Assembly (NCBI GenBank): GCA_039798785.1
Contig: JBDKFG010000008.1
Location: 1 to 64,000, forward strand
Origin: Verrucomicrobiota bacterium
GTDB taxonomy: Bacteria; Verrucomicrobiota; Lentisphaeria; Lentisphaerales; Lentisphaeraceae
DNA length: 64,000 bases
Reading direction: 5' to 3'
Of the stretch, positions 1-9,489 are shown piece by piece. The notes below the pieces were generated by a model, which was given only the letters and a program-made list of their open reading frames with translations, was not told where the DNA came from and did no database searches. Position 1 is the stretch's first letter. Every line of letters starts with the position of its first letter. The position numbers were made by a program, and so were the translations under genes.

Positions 1-1
1 T

Positions 2-2260
2 GCCGTTCGCGTTGGCGTTCGGCGCATAGGTCCAGAGACCGGCGGCGTTGATGCTGACGCTTCCTTTCGAGGCGGTGCCGACGCTGTAGCTGAAGGAAGA
101 GTTGTCGACATCGCTGACCGCGACACTGGCGCTGATCGAAGCGTCTTCGTCGCCGCTGAAGGAATTCAAGCTGGTGATTGCGGGGGCGTCGTTGCTGCCG
201 TTGACTTGGATCGTCACGGCATTTGAGCCGCCTTCGGCGGAATAGACGAGGAAGGAGTCCGAGGAGGCTTCGGAGCCCAAGGCCTGGGCGCGGCTGTCGA
301 GAGTGTAGCTCCAGGCACCGGCGGCATCGACGACGAAGGATCCGTAGAGTCCGGTGACGGAGCTGGCGATGAAGCGGGATTGATCGAGATCGGGGTCGCT
401 GATCGCCAGGGATCCGCCGCCGCTGCCGCTGTCTTCGTTGACGACCGAGAAGAAGTCGCCGCTCCATTGCGCCGCGTCGTTGCTGCCGGACACCTTGACG
501 TTGAGTGAGACGATACCGGCCGAGCTGGTGACGGCGACGCTGTCGGCGAAGGTTCCTTCGCCGAGATCTTGCTGCTGGAGGTAGGACCAGCGGCCGTCCT
601 TAGCGATGCTGAAGAGTCCATAGCTTCCCTGGATGAGGGCGGGGCTGGCGGTCAGGGCCTTGCCGGCGTCGAGGGAGAAAAGCTTTCCTTGGGCGCGGCT
701 GGTCTGGTCTTCGAAAGTCTGGCCCGAGTCGCCGCTGAGGGTCAATGCGTTCGAGCCCTGAAGGGTGATGCTGACGCTGGTGCTGGCCTTCCCGTCGAGC
801 GACTTGGCGGTGAACTTCTTGACCAGCGACTGGCCGGAGACGAGCTTTTGCAGGCTGGCGTCCGTATTGCGGATGCGGTAGGACCAGGAGCCGTCTTCCG
901 CGAGGCTGTACAGGCTGGTGGAGGAGCTGATGGTCTGTTTGACGAAGCCCGACTGGCCGGCGTCAGGATCGTTGATCGACAGGCTGCCGCTGGCGATCAG
1001 CCAGCCGTCGACCAGTCCGGCGTCCTCGACGAGGTTGAAGTTGACCGGAGAGTTGATCGAGATCGGCGCTTCGTTGATGCCGGTGATGGCGACCTTGAGG
1101 CGAGCCCCGCCGACCAGGACGGAGTCGGTGAGGGTGGCCCCGGCGGGCAAGGCGATGACGGCGGCGTTATTGTAATCGAGTGTGTAAGTCCATTTGCCGT
1201 CGGCGGCGAGGCTGAAGCCGCCGTAGCTGCCGGCATGGCTGCCGAGGACGAGAGAGGCTTTCTCTTCAGCGCTGAGTGCGGCCCCGGTGTCGAGGTTAAA
1301 GATGCTGGCGGTGACGCTGCCGCTGAAGAGGGTCGCGGTGGCGGCTTTTGTCGTCATTGCAGCGCGACCGCCGAGAGTGGAGTTGTCGCTGGTGCCGTCG
1401 ATCAGGACCGTAACCGCCTGCGAGCTGAGGCCGTCGGCCGATTTGATAACGAAGCTGTCGGCGAGGCTCTGCCCTGAGGCGAGTTTCTGGACGAGAGGAT
1501 TGAGGCCGTCGGCGCGATAAGTCCACTCACCGTCGGCGGCGAGGGAGAGCCAACCCAGCTTGCCGGCTTTTTCGAGCTTCTGGAAGGAGGATGAATCGGC
1601 GTCGGGGTCGGTGACGGCGAGCCGGCCGGAGGCGCTGAGAAGGGCGGAGTCCGCTTCGGCGAGGCGGGTCAGGACGTTGGTTTTCAGATCCACGGCTAGG
1701 CTGGTGCCGGAGAAGACGGCGGCGTCGTTGGCGCCACTGAGGGTGACGGCGACGACGGAGGAGGAGCCGTCGGAGCTGAAGACGGTCAGGGATTCGACGA
1801 CTTTCTGACCCGGTCTGAGGGACTGTAGCCGTTCCGCGTTCGGGGTGTAGATCCACAGCTTGCTGCCGAGATTGAAGCTGAAATTGCCGAAGTAGGCAAA
1901 GGAGTCGACGCTCAGGGAGCTTTCGCCGGCATCGGCGTCGGTGACGCTGAGGGTGCCGGAGACGGCGAGCGGCTTGTCTTCGGCGACGCTGCCCTTCGTG
2001 GCGCCGCCAAAAAGGGCGAAATCATTGACCCCATGCAGGGTGATGGCGAAGGAGCGCCCGCCGACGACGAGCGTGTCGACCTGGCTTTCCCCGAGTCGGA
2101 GGGTTTGCGCGGCGGGTTTGGGGGTATAGGTCCACAGGCCGGTGCTGCTCAAGCTCAAGACGCCGAGGCTGCTCGAGGCGCTGCCAGCCAGCCCGGGGGC
2201 GACCGAGCCGCTGATCTTGAGGTTGAGGTCTTCGACGAGAGAAGCAGTGACGTCGGCCAT
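2..2260 (-). CDS. VCBS-repeat large surface protein/adhesin, N-terminal ~753 aa; continues beyond the left edge
   Basis: Absent from the ORF track because there is no stop in the window. Manual translation from ATG 2260 gives MADVTASLVEDLNLKISG..., with recurring VCBS-type units such as 'GLWTYTPKPAAQTLRLGESQVDTLVV...ITLHGVND', 'SGTLSVTDADAGE', 'GEWTYRADGLNPLVQKLASGQSLADSFVIKSADG'. Confidence 0.85.
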   Translation of the reverse strand, partial: MADVTASLVEDLNLKISGSVAPGLAGSASSSLGVLSLSSTGLWTYTPKPAAQTLRLGESQVDTLVVGGRSFAITLHGVNDFALFGGATKGSVAEDKPLAVSGTLSVTDADAGESSLSVDSFAYFGNFSFNLGSKLWIYTPNAERLQSLRPGQKVVESLTVFSSDGSSSVVAVTLSGANDAAVFSGTSLAVDLKTNVLTRLAEADSALLSASGRLAVTDPDADSSSFQKLEKAGKLGWLSLAADGEWTYRADGLNPLVQKLASGQSLADSFVIKSADGLSSQAVTVLIDGTSDNSTLGGRAAMTTKAATATLFSGSVTASIFNLDTGAALSAEEKASLVLGSHAGSYGGFSLAADGKWTYTLDYNNAAVIALPAGATLTDSVLVGGARLKVAITGINEAPISINSPVNFNLVEDAGLVDGWLIASGSLSINDPDAGQSGFVKQTISSSTSLYSLAEDGSWSYRIRNTDASLQKLVSGQSLVKKFTAKSLDGKASTSVSITLQGSNALTLSGDSGQTFEDQTSRAQGKLFSLDAGKALTASPALIQGSYGLFSIAKDGRWSYLQQQDLGEGTFADSVAVTSSAGIVSLNVKVSGSNDAAQWSGDFFSVVNEDSGSGGGSLAISDPDLDQSRFIASSVTGLYGSFVVDAAGAWSYTLDSRAQALGSEASSDSFLVYSAEGGSNAVTIQVNGSNDAPAITSLNSFSGDEDASISASVAVSDVDNSSFSYSVGTASKGSVSINAAGLWTYAPNANANG

Positions 2261-2435
2261 TGACGGAATTCCCTGGGCTAGTGAGTGAATCCGCACAAAG
2301 TAAGCGCAAAGGCCGGGAGGGAAAGGAATTTCGACTTGTGCCGCCGGCTTTTTTCCGGTTTAGCGGCTTTTCCGGGCGCGGCAAAGACGGCGAACCGCCA
2401 GGCGCGCCGTCTTCGGGGCAGGCCGCCAGGCGGTC

Positions 2436-2882
2436 TCAGAGCCAGTAGTTGTGCGTCTTCAGGACGATGAAGGTCTCGGTGGCGCGGATGCCTTCGATCC
2501 GGGCCAGCGATTCGCTGAGGAACTTGATGACCCCGTGGTTAGACTCGACCACCACCTGGATGATCAGGTCGTAGCGTCCGGAAAGAACGGCCACCGACTT
2601 CACCTCGGGAAGCTGGCCGAGGCGTTCGAAGACTTTCATCAGCTGGCTGGATTCGCCGACATTGACGCCGACGAGCAGGAGCTGATGACCTTCGAGGAAT
2701 TCCGGATTGACCTGGCCGGAGATCCGCAGCACCCCGACCTCCATCAGGCGGCGGATGCGCTGCCTGATGGTGCCTTCCGTGACCCCCAGCTTCTCTCCGA
2801 TCGCCGAGTTGGCGACACGGCCGTTCTCCGACAGCATTTCGATGATCTGCCAGTCGAGGCGGTCAAGGGAGGCAGGTTGCAT
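2436..2882 (-). CDS. Lrp/AsnC family transcriptional regulator (AldR-like context)
   Basis: 'LDRLDWQIIEMLSENGRVANSAIGEKLGVTEGTIRQRIRRL' HTH plus RAM domain ('LSGRYDLII'). Start set at ATG 2882, preceded by an AAGGAG RBS. Confidence 0.93.
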   Translation of the reverse strand: MQPASLDRLDWQIIEMLSENGRVANSAIGEKLGVTEGTIRQRIRRLMEVGVLRISGQVNPEFLEGHQLLLVGVNVGESSQLMKVFERLGQLPEVKSVAVLSGRYDLIIQVVVESNHGVIKFLSESLARIEGIRATETFIVLKTHNYWL

Positions 2883-2886
2883 GGGA

Positions 2887-3987
2887 TCAGATCTCCTTGT
2901 AAGGCATTCCGAGGGATTGGGCCACAGCCTCATAGACAACATGTCCTTCGACGATGTTCAAGCCCTTGCGCAGCGCCGGATCCTGCTGGCAGGCCTTTTT
3001 CCACCCCAGATTGGCGATCTGCAGGCCGTAGCTGAGGGTCTGGCTGGTCAGGGCAATAGTCGAGGTCAAGGCCACCGCGCCGGGCATGTTGGCGACGCAA
3101 TAATGGACCACGCCTTCGACGGTGTAGACCGGATCGTCGTGGGTGGTCGGGCGGGTAGTTTCGAAGCAGCCGCCCTGGTCGACCGCGACGTCGACGATGA
3201 CGGCGCCGCGCTTCATTGTCTTCAGCATCTCGCGGGTGACGAGGCGAGGAGCCTTGGCGCCGGGGAGCAGCACCGCGCCGATCACCAGGTCGGCCTCGCG
3301 GATGCAGCGGGCGATGTTGTCGGGCGTGCTGTACAAGGTCTGCAGCTTCGAGCCGAAGACGTCGTCGACATAGGCGAGGCGCTTCGACGACAGGTCGAGC
3401 AGGGTGACTTCGGCACCGATGCCGACGGCGATCTTGGCGGCGTTGATGCCGACGACGCCGGCGCCGATGATGGTGACCTTGCCGCGCTGGACGCCGGGGA
3501 CGCCGCCGAGCAGGATGCCGCGGCCGCCATAAGCCTTTTCGAGGAATTTAGCGCCTTCCTGCACCGAAAGGCGTCCGGCGATCTCGCTCATCGGCGTCAG
3601 GCAGGGCAGGGACTTGTCGGGCAGCTGGATGGTCTCGTAAGCGATGCCGACGATGCCCTGGTCGAGCAGGGCCTGGGTCATCTCCTTGTCGGCGGCAAGG
3701 TGCAGGTAGGTGTAGAGGATCTGGCCGCGGCGCATCAGGGGGATCTCGCTGGGCTGGGGCTCCTTGACCTTGATGATCATGTCGGCCTGGCGGAAGAGCT
3801 CGGGGCGGTCGTCGCAGAGGCGGGCGCCGGCCGCGAGGTATTCCTGGTCGGTGAACCCGGTTCCTTCTCCGGCACCGGTCTCGACCAGGACCTGGTGACC
3901 GCTGCGGACATAGGCGGCGACATCTGCAGGGGTCAGACCGACGCGGTATTCGTGGCGTTTGATTTCGCGGGGGACGGCAATGATCAT
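2887..3987 (-). CDS. ald: Alanine dehydrogenase
   Basis: [20 protein letters not shown], 'KVKEP', 'YLHLA', 'PMSEIAGR', '[10 protein letters not shown]', '[10 protein letters not shown]'. AAGGAG RBS upstream of ATG 3987. Confidence 0.97.
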   Translation of the reverse strand: MIIAVPREIKRHEYRVGLTPADVAAYVRSGHQVLVETGAGEGTGFTDQEYLAAGARLCDDRPELFRQADMIIKVKEPQPSEIPLMRRGQILYTYLHLAADKEMTQALLDQGIVGIAYETIQLPDKSLPCLTPMSEIAGRLSVQEGAKFLEKAYGGRGILLGGVPGVQRGKVTIIGAGVVGINAAKIAVGIGAEVTLLDLSSKRLAYVDDVFGSKLQTLYSTPDNIARCIREADLVIGAVLLPGAKAPRLVTREMLKTMKRGAVIVDVAVDQGGCFETTRPTTHDDPVYTVEGVVHYCVANMPGAVALTSTIALTSQTLSYGLQIANLGWKKACQQDPALRKGLNIVEGHVVYEAVAQSLGMPYKEI

Positions 3988-4152
3988 GGCTAGGCTCCTT
4001 TTGCGTTTGTTGGGGGTTATATAGATAAAAACTCCGAAATTCGTGAAAAGCTGCACATAAATCTACGAATTTTTTAAAAATGACATTCTGGCATGTCGCG
4101 GTAATGTCACCGGCGTCATCACGCCAACCCCAAATCTTCAACGGAGCCCGAC

Positions 4153-4794
4153 ATGAGCGCCTTCTTCGACAAACTTCTGGGCAAGGACACTAAATTTTTC
4201 GATCTTCTCCGTTCCGGTGCGATCGAATCGAAGAACAGTGCTCAGCTGCTGATCACCCTGCATTCGCAGCTCGGCACTTCGGCTTTTGACAAGACCATGG
4301 AGAGCCTGGGCGAGAGCCGCCGCCGCCACAAGCGCATCCACACCCAGTGCACCCAGGAGCTCTGCCAGACCTTCGTCACCCCTCTGGAGCGTGAAGACAT
4401 CGAAGCGCTCTCCACCGCTCTCTACAAGATCCAGAAGACCGACGAGAAGATCGGCGAGCGCCTGTCGATCTGCCCGGACCAGTTCCGCTCCGACATCGTC
4501 GGCAAGCAGCTGCAGATGCTGGCCTCGGCCTCCGACGTGGTTGCGGGAATGGTCGAATCGCTGTGCCGCAAGGAGCATGGCGAGAACATGCAGGACGCCT
4601 ACGAGAAGCTGCAGAACATTGAGAACGACGCCGACAAGCTGATGGTCGGGCTTCTCAAGGAGCTCTACAGCGGCTCGATCGAGGCCAAGGAAGTGATCAT
4701 CCTCAAGGACATCTACGAGATGCTGGAGCGCGCCATCGACCGCTGCCGCGACGCCGGCAAGGTGGTCTTCTCGATCGCCCTCAAGTATTCCTGA
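4153..4794 (+). CDS. DUF47 family (PhoU-like) Pit accessory protein
   Basis: 'TFVTPLEREDI', 'IENDADKL', 'KDIYEMLERAIDRCRD'; directly upstream of a PiT gene. Confidence 0.9.
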   Translation: MSAFFDKLLGKDTKFFDLLRSGAIESKNSAQLLITLHSQLGTSAFDKTMESLGESRRRHKRIHTQCTQELCQTFVTPLEREDIEALSTALYKIQKTDEKIGERLSICPDQFRSDIVGKQLQMLASASDVVAGMVESLCRKEHGENMQDAYEKLQNIENDADKLMVGLLKELYSGSIEAKEVIILKDIYEMLERAIDRCRDAGKVVFSIALKYS

Positions 4795-4812
4795 GCCGGG
4801 CCAGCCTGCTCC

Positions 4813-6510
4813 ATGGAGACAGCCATCATCCTGCTCGCCCTGGTGCTGATAGCAGCCCTGGCCTTCGAATACGTCAACGGCTTCCACGACGCCGCCAACG
4901 CCATCGCCACGGTCGTCTCGACCAAGGTGCTCACGCCCCGCCAGGCGATCATGCTCGCCGCCATCACCAACCTGATCGGCGCCTTTGCCGGCGTCGCGGT
5001 CGCCAAGTCGATCGCAAACGACGTCGTCGACCCTCACTACGCCACCCAGACCGCGATCCTTGCGGCGATGCTGGCAGGCATCAGTTGGAACCTGCTCACC
5101 TGGTGGTTCGGCATCCCCTCGTCGTCGTCGCACGCCTTGATCGGCTCGCTCTGCGGCGCCGTGCTCGCGGCCACCACCACCTCGTTGAACGCAAATGGCA
5201 CCGGCATGAAGTGGGCGGCCCTGAAATGGGACGTCGACGGCGTCGGTCTCTGGCCGAAAATCGTCAAACCGATGTTCCTGTCGCCGATCATGGGCTTCAC
5301 CATCGGCTTCATCCTGATGTTCATCCTCACGGTGATTGCGGTGCGGATGCGCCCGCGCATCATCCAGAAGGTCTTCGGCAAGCTGCAGATCGCGTCGGCC
5401 GGCTTCATGGGCTTCGCCCACGGCCTGGCGGACGCCCAGAAGACCATGGCGATCATCTTCCTCGCCTGCTTCGCCGCCACTTCCGCCGGGACCATCGACA
5501 AGATGCCGGAGGCCTGGCACTTCCTGAAGACCGAGAAGAGCAAGGATTTCGAGAAAGAGATGAAGGCCATCGTCAAGGACTACGACGCCCAGAAGGCGGC
5601 CGCGGCGGACGTCAAATACGCCAAGAAGCCCGACGAGGAGCGCGAGGCGCTGAAAAAGGACATCGCCGGCGCCGCCGACACCGCCTCCCGGCTGAAATAC
5701 GAAGGCCGCCTGAAGCGTCTCGAGGAGGTCGCCGCCAAGGTCAAGGCAGATCCCGGGGAACTCGCCGTCCTCGAAGCCGCAGCCAAGGCCGCCAAGGAGA
5801 ATTACCGCAAGGAGCTCGACGGCTTCGCCACCGCGGTCGACACCCTCGGCCAATGCCGCCTGAAGGAAGCCGGCTACGCCTTCCTGGCGCTGCAGAACTG
5901 CCACAAGGACGAGCAGGGGATGCTGAAACCGGACGACAGGGGCCTGGCCTTCATCGCCAAGGCTGACGAAAGCGCCAAGACCCGTGGCGAAACCGCCTCG
6001 CGCCTGGTCCCGGAGATGCTCGCCAACCACATCCACTCCAGCTCCTTCCAGAAAGGACTGATCTTCGTCGGCCTGCAGAAGAAGCCGAAGATCGACCGCG
6101 ACATCAACAAGACCGCCCTAGAGAACTTGAAGAACACCGCCGACGGCATCCCCAGCTGGATCATCCTGATCTGCGCCATCACCATGTGCCTGGGCACCGC
6201 CGCCGGCGGCTGGCGCATCGTCAAGACCATGGGGCACAAGATGGTCCGCCTGCAGCCGATCCACGGCTTCGCCGCCGAGACCACCGCCGCCAGCGTCCTC
6301 GCGGTCACCGGCTCGATGGGCATGCCGGTCTCCACCACCCATGTCATCTCGACCTCGATCATGGGCGTCGGCGCCAGCAAGAGCCTCGACGCGGTGAAAT
6401 GGGGCCTGGTCGGCAAGATCATCTGGGCCTGGATACTCACCCTGCCGGTCACCGGCACGCTCGCCTTCTTCATCTACAAGTTCCTGGTCTATTGCCAGTT
6501 GCCCAACTGA
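4813..6510 (+). CDS. Inorganic phosphate transporter, PiT family, with a large hydrophilic central insertion
   Basis: 'NGFHDAANAIAT', 'GIPSSSSHALIG', 'FAHGLADAQKTM', 'PVSTTHVISTSIMGVG'. Confidence 0.95.
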   Translation: METAIILLALVLIAALAFEYVNGFHDAANAIATVVSTKVLTPRQAIMLAAITNLIGAFAGVAVAKSIANDVVDPHYATQTAILAAMLAGISWNLLTWWFGIPSSSSHALIGSLCGAVLAATTTSLNANGTGMKWAALKWDVDGVGLWPKIVKPMFLSPIMGFTIGFILMFILTVIAVRMRPRIIQKVFGKLQIASAGFMGFAHGLADAQKTMAIIFLACFAATSAGTIDKMPEAWHFLKTEKSKDFEKEMKAIVKDYDAQKAAAADVKYAKKPDEEREALKKDIAGAADTASRLKYEGRLKRLEEVAAKVKADPGELAVLEAAAKAAKENYRKELDGFATAVDTLGQCRLKEAGYAFLALQNCHKDEQGMLKPDDRGLAFIAKADESAKTRGETASRLVPEMLANHIHSSSFQKGLIFVGLQKKPKIDRDINKTALENLKNTADGIPSWIILICAITMCLGTAAGGWRIVKTMGHKMVRLQPIHGFAAETTAASVLAVTGSMGMPVSTTHVISTSIMGVGASKSLDAVKWGLVGKIIWAWILTLPVTGTLAFFIYKFLVYCQLPN

Positions 6511-6534
6511 CGCCGGGACTCAGGCCCTTGCCCC

Positions 6535-6560
6535 GAGGCGCCGCAGCGATGCGGCGCCTC
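6535..6560 (+). terminator. Hairpin after pit (possible terminator or mRNA-stabilising stem)
   Basis: GAGGCGCCGCA-gcga-TGCGGCGCCTC, 11-bp perfect stem; weak U-tract. Confidence 0.5.
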
Positions 6561-6681
6561 CGCATTTGCTTCGCTGTGACACTGTAAGAGCGTCATTGTT
6601 GCCCTAAAGCTGTCACAAATGCTTGCGCTCTTGCGTCTCTGAAGCAGTCTTAATCTCCCCTCTTTTCTCAAATCCAACAAA

Positions 6682-7368
6682 ATGCAAGCGACCATGGCCC
6701 CTCCGCTCGACCAACGCCAGCCTGCTCCCGCACTCACCGTCGACGCCGTCGTCTTCGGCGTCGACGACGGCGAACTGAAGATCCTCCTGATCCAGCGCGG
6801 CATGGCTCCTTTTGCCGGATCCTGGGCCCTTCCCGGCGGCTTCGTCCGTCTTGGCGAGGATCTTGAGAAAGCGGTTCGGCGCGAGCTCGAAAGCGAAGCC
6901 GGGGTCCGTCCTTCACGGCTTGAGCAGGTCGCCGCCTACGGCCGCCCCGACCGCGACCCCCGCCAGCACGTCGTCTCCATCGCCTTCGCCGCATTGGTCC
7001 GCCTCGACCAGCACTCGCCCCACGCCGGTACCAACACCCGCCTCGCCGCCTGGTTCGCGGTCGACCGCCTTCCCGAGCTCGCCTTCGACCACGCCGTGAT
7101 CGTCAGGGACGCGCTCGCCCGCCTCCGCTCCGAGCTCGGGCACACCCCGGTCGGGATCGACTTGCTGCCGCCGAAATTCCCCTTGCGCGACCTTCAGCAT
7201 CTGCACGAGCAGATCAGCGGGCGCAGCCTCGACAAGCGCAACTTCCGCCGCTCCGTCCTCGACTCCGGCCTGCTGATCGAGCTCGACGAAAGAGAGCCGG
7301 CCGCCCGCCATCGCAGCGCCCGCCTCTATTCCTTCAACCGCGACGCCTGTTCGGCTCTCGAGCACTGA
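6682..7368 (+). CDS. NrtR-family Nudix-domain transcriptional regulator
   Basis: 'ALTVDAVVF...WALPGGFV...RRELESEAG' degenerate Nudix box, 'LAFDH', C-terminal winged helix 'LDKRNFRR...ARLYSF'. Confidence 0.88.
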   Translation: MQATMAPPLDQRQPAPALTVDAVVFGVDDGELKILLIQRGMAPFAGSWALPGGFVRLGEDLEKAVRRELESEAGVRPSRLEQVAAYGRPDRDPRQHVVSIAFAALVRLDQHSPHAGTNTRLAAWFAVDRLPELAFDHAVIVRDALARLRSELGHTPVGIDLLPPKFPLRDLQHLHEQISGRSLDKRNFRRSVLDSGLLIELDEREPAARHRSARLYSFNRDACSALEH

Positions 7369-7527
7369 GCCCGTCGTCGGCTGCCGGCTCCCGAGACTTG
7401 CGCTCAGGCGCCGTCATTCACACCGGCCTCACGCCCATAATCTGAGGTTGCCGCGCATAACAATCAACGGCGAGGCGAAGCCGGCCATGGGTTAAACTCC
7501 GGACAGCTTGCATCCAGGAGTCCCGAC

Positions 7528-8187
7528 ATGAAGAAGACTTTCACGCTGATTGAGCTGCTCGTCGTTGTCGCCATCATCGGCATTCTGGCTTCCATGCTTC
7601 TGCCCGCCCTGGCCCGAAGCAAGGCCAGCGCCAAACAGGCGCTCTGCCTGAACAATCTCAAACAGATCCATCTTTGGACGAGCCTCTACGCCGACGACAA
7701 CGACGGCTTTGCCCCGCCGGCCTCGGACGAAGCAAACATCCCTTGGGACGACAAGCTTTCCGTCTTTGATGGCCGGAGATTGAGTCCTGCCGAAATCCTC
7801 AACAACACCGCTCCAGCCAGGCCTGAGAACGTCAGCTACAAATGCCCCCTCGACGGCCGCAGCTTCGCCGGCACCTCGATCCGCACTTATTCGATCAACC
7901 GCGAGCTGGGCGACGTAGAAGAGGACTACGCGTCGGTCTCACTCGACAATCTTCCCTCACCTTCAGCCACCGTTCTGATGTCGGAAAAAATCCCCAATAA
8001 CGCCAACATCCGGGACAACCGCCTGGGCTACTGGGGAAGCTGCAACGGCTTCCAAACCGGAGACAAGCTGGCCACCGATTTCAAATCCTATCATCCGAGA
8101 CGCTCCGACTACCCCTGGCTCTTTGCCGACGGTCATTTGGAGATTCGAGACAAAGGATCATTCATCAGTTTCGCACCACCCCAGTGA
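7528..8187 (+). CDS. Prepilin-type N-terminal cleavage/methylation protein with C-terminal H-X(n)-DG motif (DUF1559-like)
   Basis: [28 protein letters not shown]...CLNNLKQI; C-terminus 'YHPRRSDYPWLFADGH'; AGGAG RBS. Confidence 0.9.
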   Translation: MKKTFTLIELLVVVAIIGILASMLLPALARSKASAKQALCLNNLKQIHLWTSLYADDNDGFAPPASDEANIPWDDKLSVFDGRRLSPAEILNNTAPARPENVSYKCPLDGRSFAGTSIRTYSINRELGDVEEDYASVSLDNLPSPSATVLMSEKIPNNANIRDNRLGYWGSCNGFQTGDKLATDFKSYHPRRSDYPWLFADGHLEIRDKGSFISFAPPQ

Positions 8188-8200
8188 TCGGGAGTCTTCC

Positions 8201-8917
8201 ATGCTGATTCTCGCACTGCTCATCGTCGGCGCCGCATGCGCCTGTTTCTTGCAATCGAAACGGATGAAAAACCCCAAGAGATTGCAGCTCATCTGCGCCG
8301 CCCTGCTGCTTCTCGGCTTCCTCTGCGGAGTCCTGGCCAACCGGAGCCCGGAAGAATCGGCGGTGGCGGCCCAAATCCGCAAGCTCGAAAATGCATCCCT
8401 GCTGATCCCAGTCCAAAAATGGAGTCAGGGATTGGGAGCCTCCGGCACCCTCATCGTCATCACCGGAGCGAAAAAAGAGGGGGAGATCAGCGAATCGGAC
8501 CTCGCGGCGATCAAGGCCCTGAAGACCGCACTGCCCAACTACGAATGGCGGCTGATGCATCCGGGCGCCTCGATTCTGACGCCCGAGGATCTGGCCATCA
8601 CTCTGGATCAGGCGAAAGGGATCGTCTGCCTCGCCTCACTGCCCCGCGACCCGGAGGCTCTTCGCCGGCTCTTCGAAGAGTCTCTCGCCCCCAGACCCCC
8701 GATCCTGATCCTGAAAAGCTGCCCTGCGGGCATCCAGGAACAGCTCGGCACTTTCGGCCAGGGACTGAGCTGGCTCAAGGCCCGAGCCCAGCAGCCATTG
8801 CTGGAAGAACAATCGACGGACCAGGAGCTCTTTGACCTGAATTTCGAATTGGTCCAGAAGGAAGCGAAGCCTGACGACGCAGAGCCGGCCAATGAAGACG
8901 GAGAAGACGCCACTTGA
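8201..8917 (+). CDS. Hypothetical protein: 2 N-terminal TM helices plus an alpha/beta domain; resembles 16052..16960
   Basis: ATG 8201 (MLILALLIVG...) follows the pilin-like gene by 13 nt; two hydrophobic helices, then a soluble domain. Confidence 0.7.
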   Translation: MLILALLIVGAACACFLQSKRMKNPKRLQLICAALLLLGFLCGVLANRSPEESAVAAQIRKLENASLLIPVQKWSQGLGASGTLIVITGAKKEGEISESDLAAIKALKTALPNYEWRLMHPGASILTPEDLAITLDQAKGIVCLASLPRDPEALRRLFEESLAPRPPILILKSCPAGIQEQLGTFGQGLSWLKARAQQPLLEEQSTDQELFDLNFELVQKEAKPDDAEPANEDGEDAT

Positions 8918-8941
8918 GAGAAGAATCCTGAACCTGGATTC

Positions 8942-9403
8942 CTATGGTTCCCTGCCGCTTGTCTTCCCGGCTTCTTTCAGCGGCGCCAGCCAGTTTTCCA
9001 AGGCAGCTTTTTCCATCACCGTGGCACCGTAGCGGTCGACGGCGTTGAAGGGATCGGCGAGGGCGGCGTCCTTCTCGGCGACATGCTGCAGGGCGCCATA
9101 AGCCGTCAGGACGATGAGGATGAGCGAGCCGAGGAGCAGCGACGAGAAACTCGCCTGCAGGCGCCAGAGGCGGTCTTGACGGCGGAAGAGACGCCAGAGC
9201 GCCACGACCAGGCAGAAGAACGAGGCCAGCAGCACCGGGATCTTGACCGCGTCGAAGTCGACCCCGTACTTGCGGATGGATTGGACATAAGCCTGGCAGG
9301 CCGGCGAGAAGGCATCGAAGACAAAGACGAAGACCCAGAGGATGCGCCAGGCCCAGGAGGGTTCCACAAGCGAGGCGCGGCGGTCGCTTGGTTGCCAAGC
9401 CAT
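8942..9403 (-). CDS. Hypothetical 3-TM membrane protein with an ankyrin-like C-terminal motif
   Basis: Three hydrophobic stretches; tail 'ADPFNAVDRYGATVMEKAALENW'. Confidence 0.55.
   Translation of the reverse strand: MAWQPSDRRASLVEPSWAWRILWVFVFVFDAFSPACQAYVQSIRKYGVDFDAVKIPVLLASFFCLVVALWRLFRRQDRLWRLQASFSSLLLGSLILIVLTAYGALQHVAEKDAALADPFNAVDRYGATVMEKAALENWLAPLKEAGKTSGREP
8978..9082. repeat. 105-bp direct repeat, copy 1 (copy 2 at 11120..11224)
   Basis: Direct alignment shows 7 mismatches in 105 bp. Confidence 0.95.
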
Positions 9404-9489
9404 GCAGCAGCTCTTCTAGCCCTCTGCGGCCTGCGCGACGGTCATGGAGGCCCCCCTAAGCAGAAGCTCGTTCTGAATTCATATCAGCG

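Noticed and set aside
569..1477. Plus-strand 302-aa ORF and other long antisense ORFs (e.g. 4138..6036, 11036..13156, 22872..24272, 41868..43664)
   Set aside because: Shadow frames opposite well-supported genes, expected in high-GC DNA; no recognisable motifs.
6562..6660. Riboswitch or ncRNA upstream of the NrtR-like gene
   Set aside because: Some pairing potential but no match to any riboswitch consensus I recognise; an Rfam cmscan would be needed.
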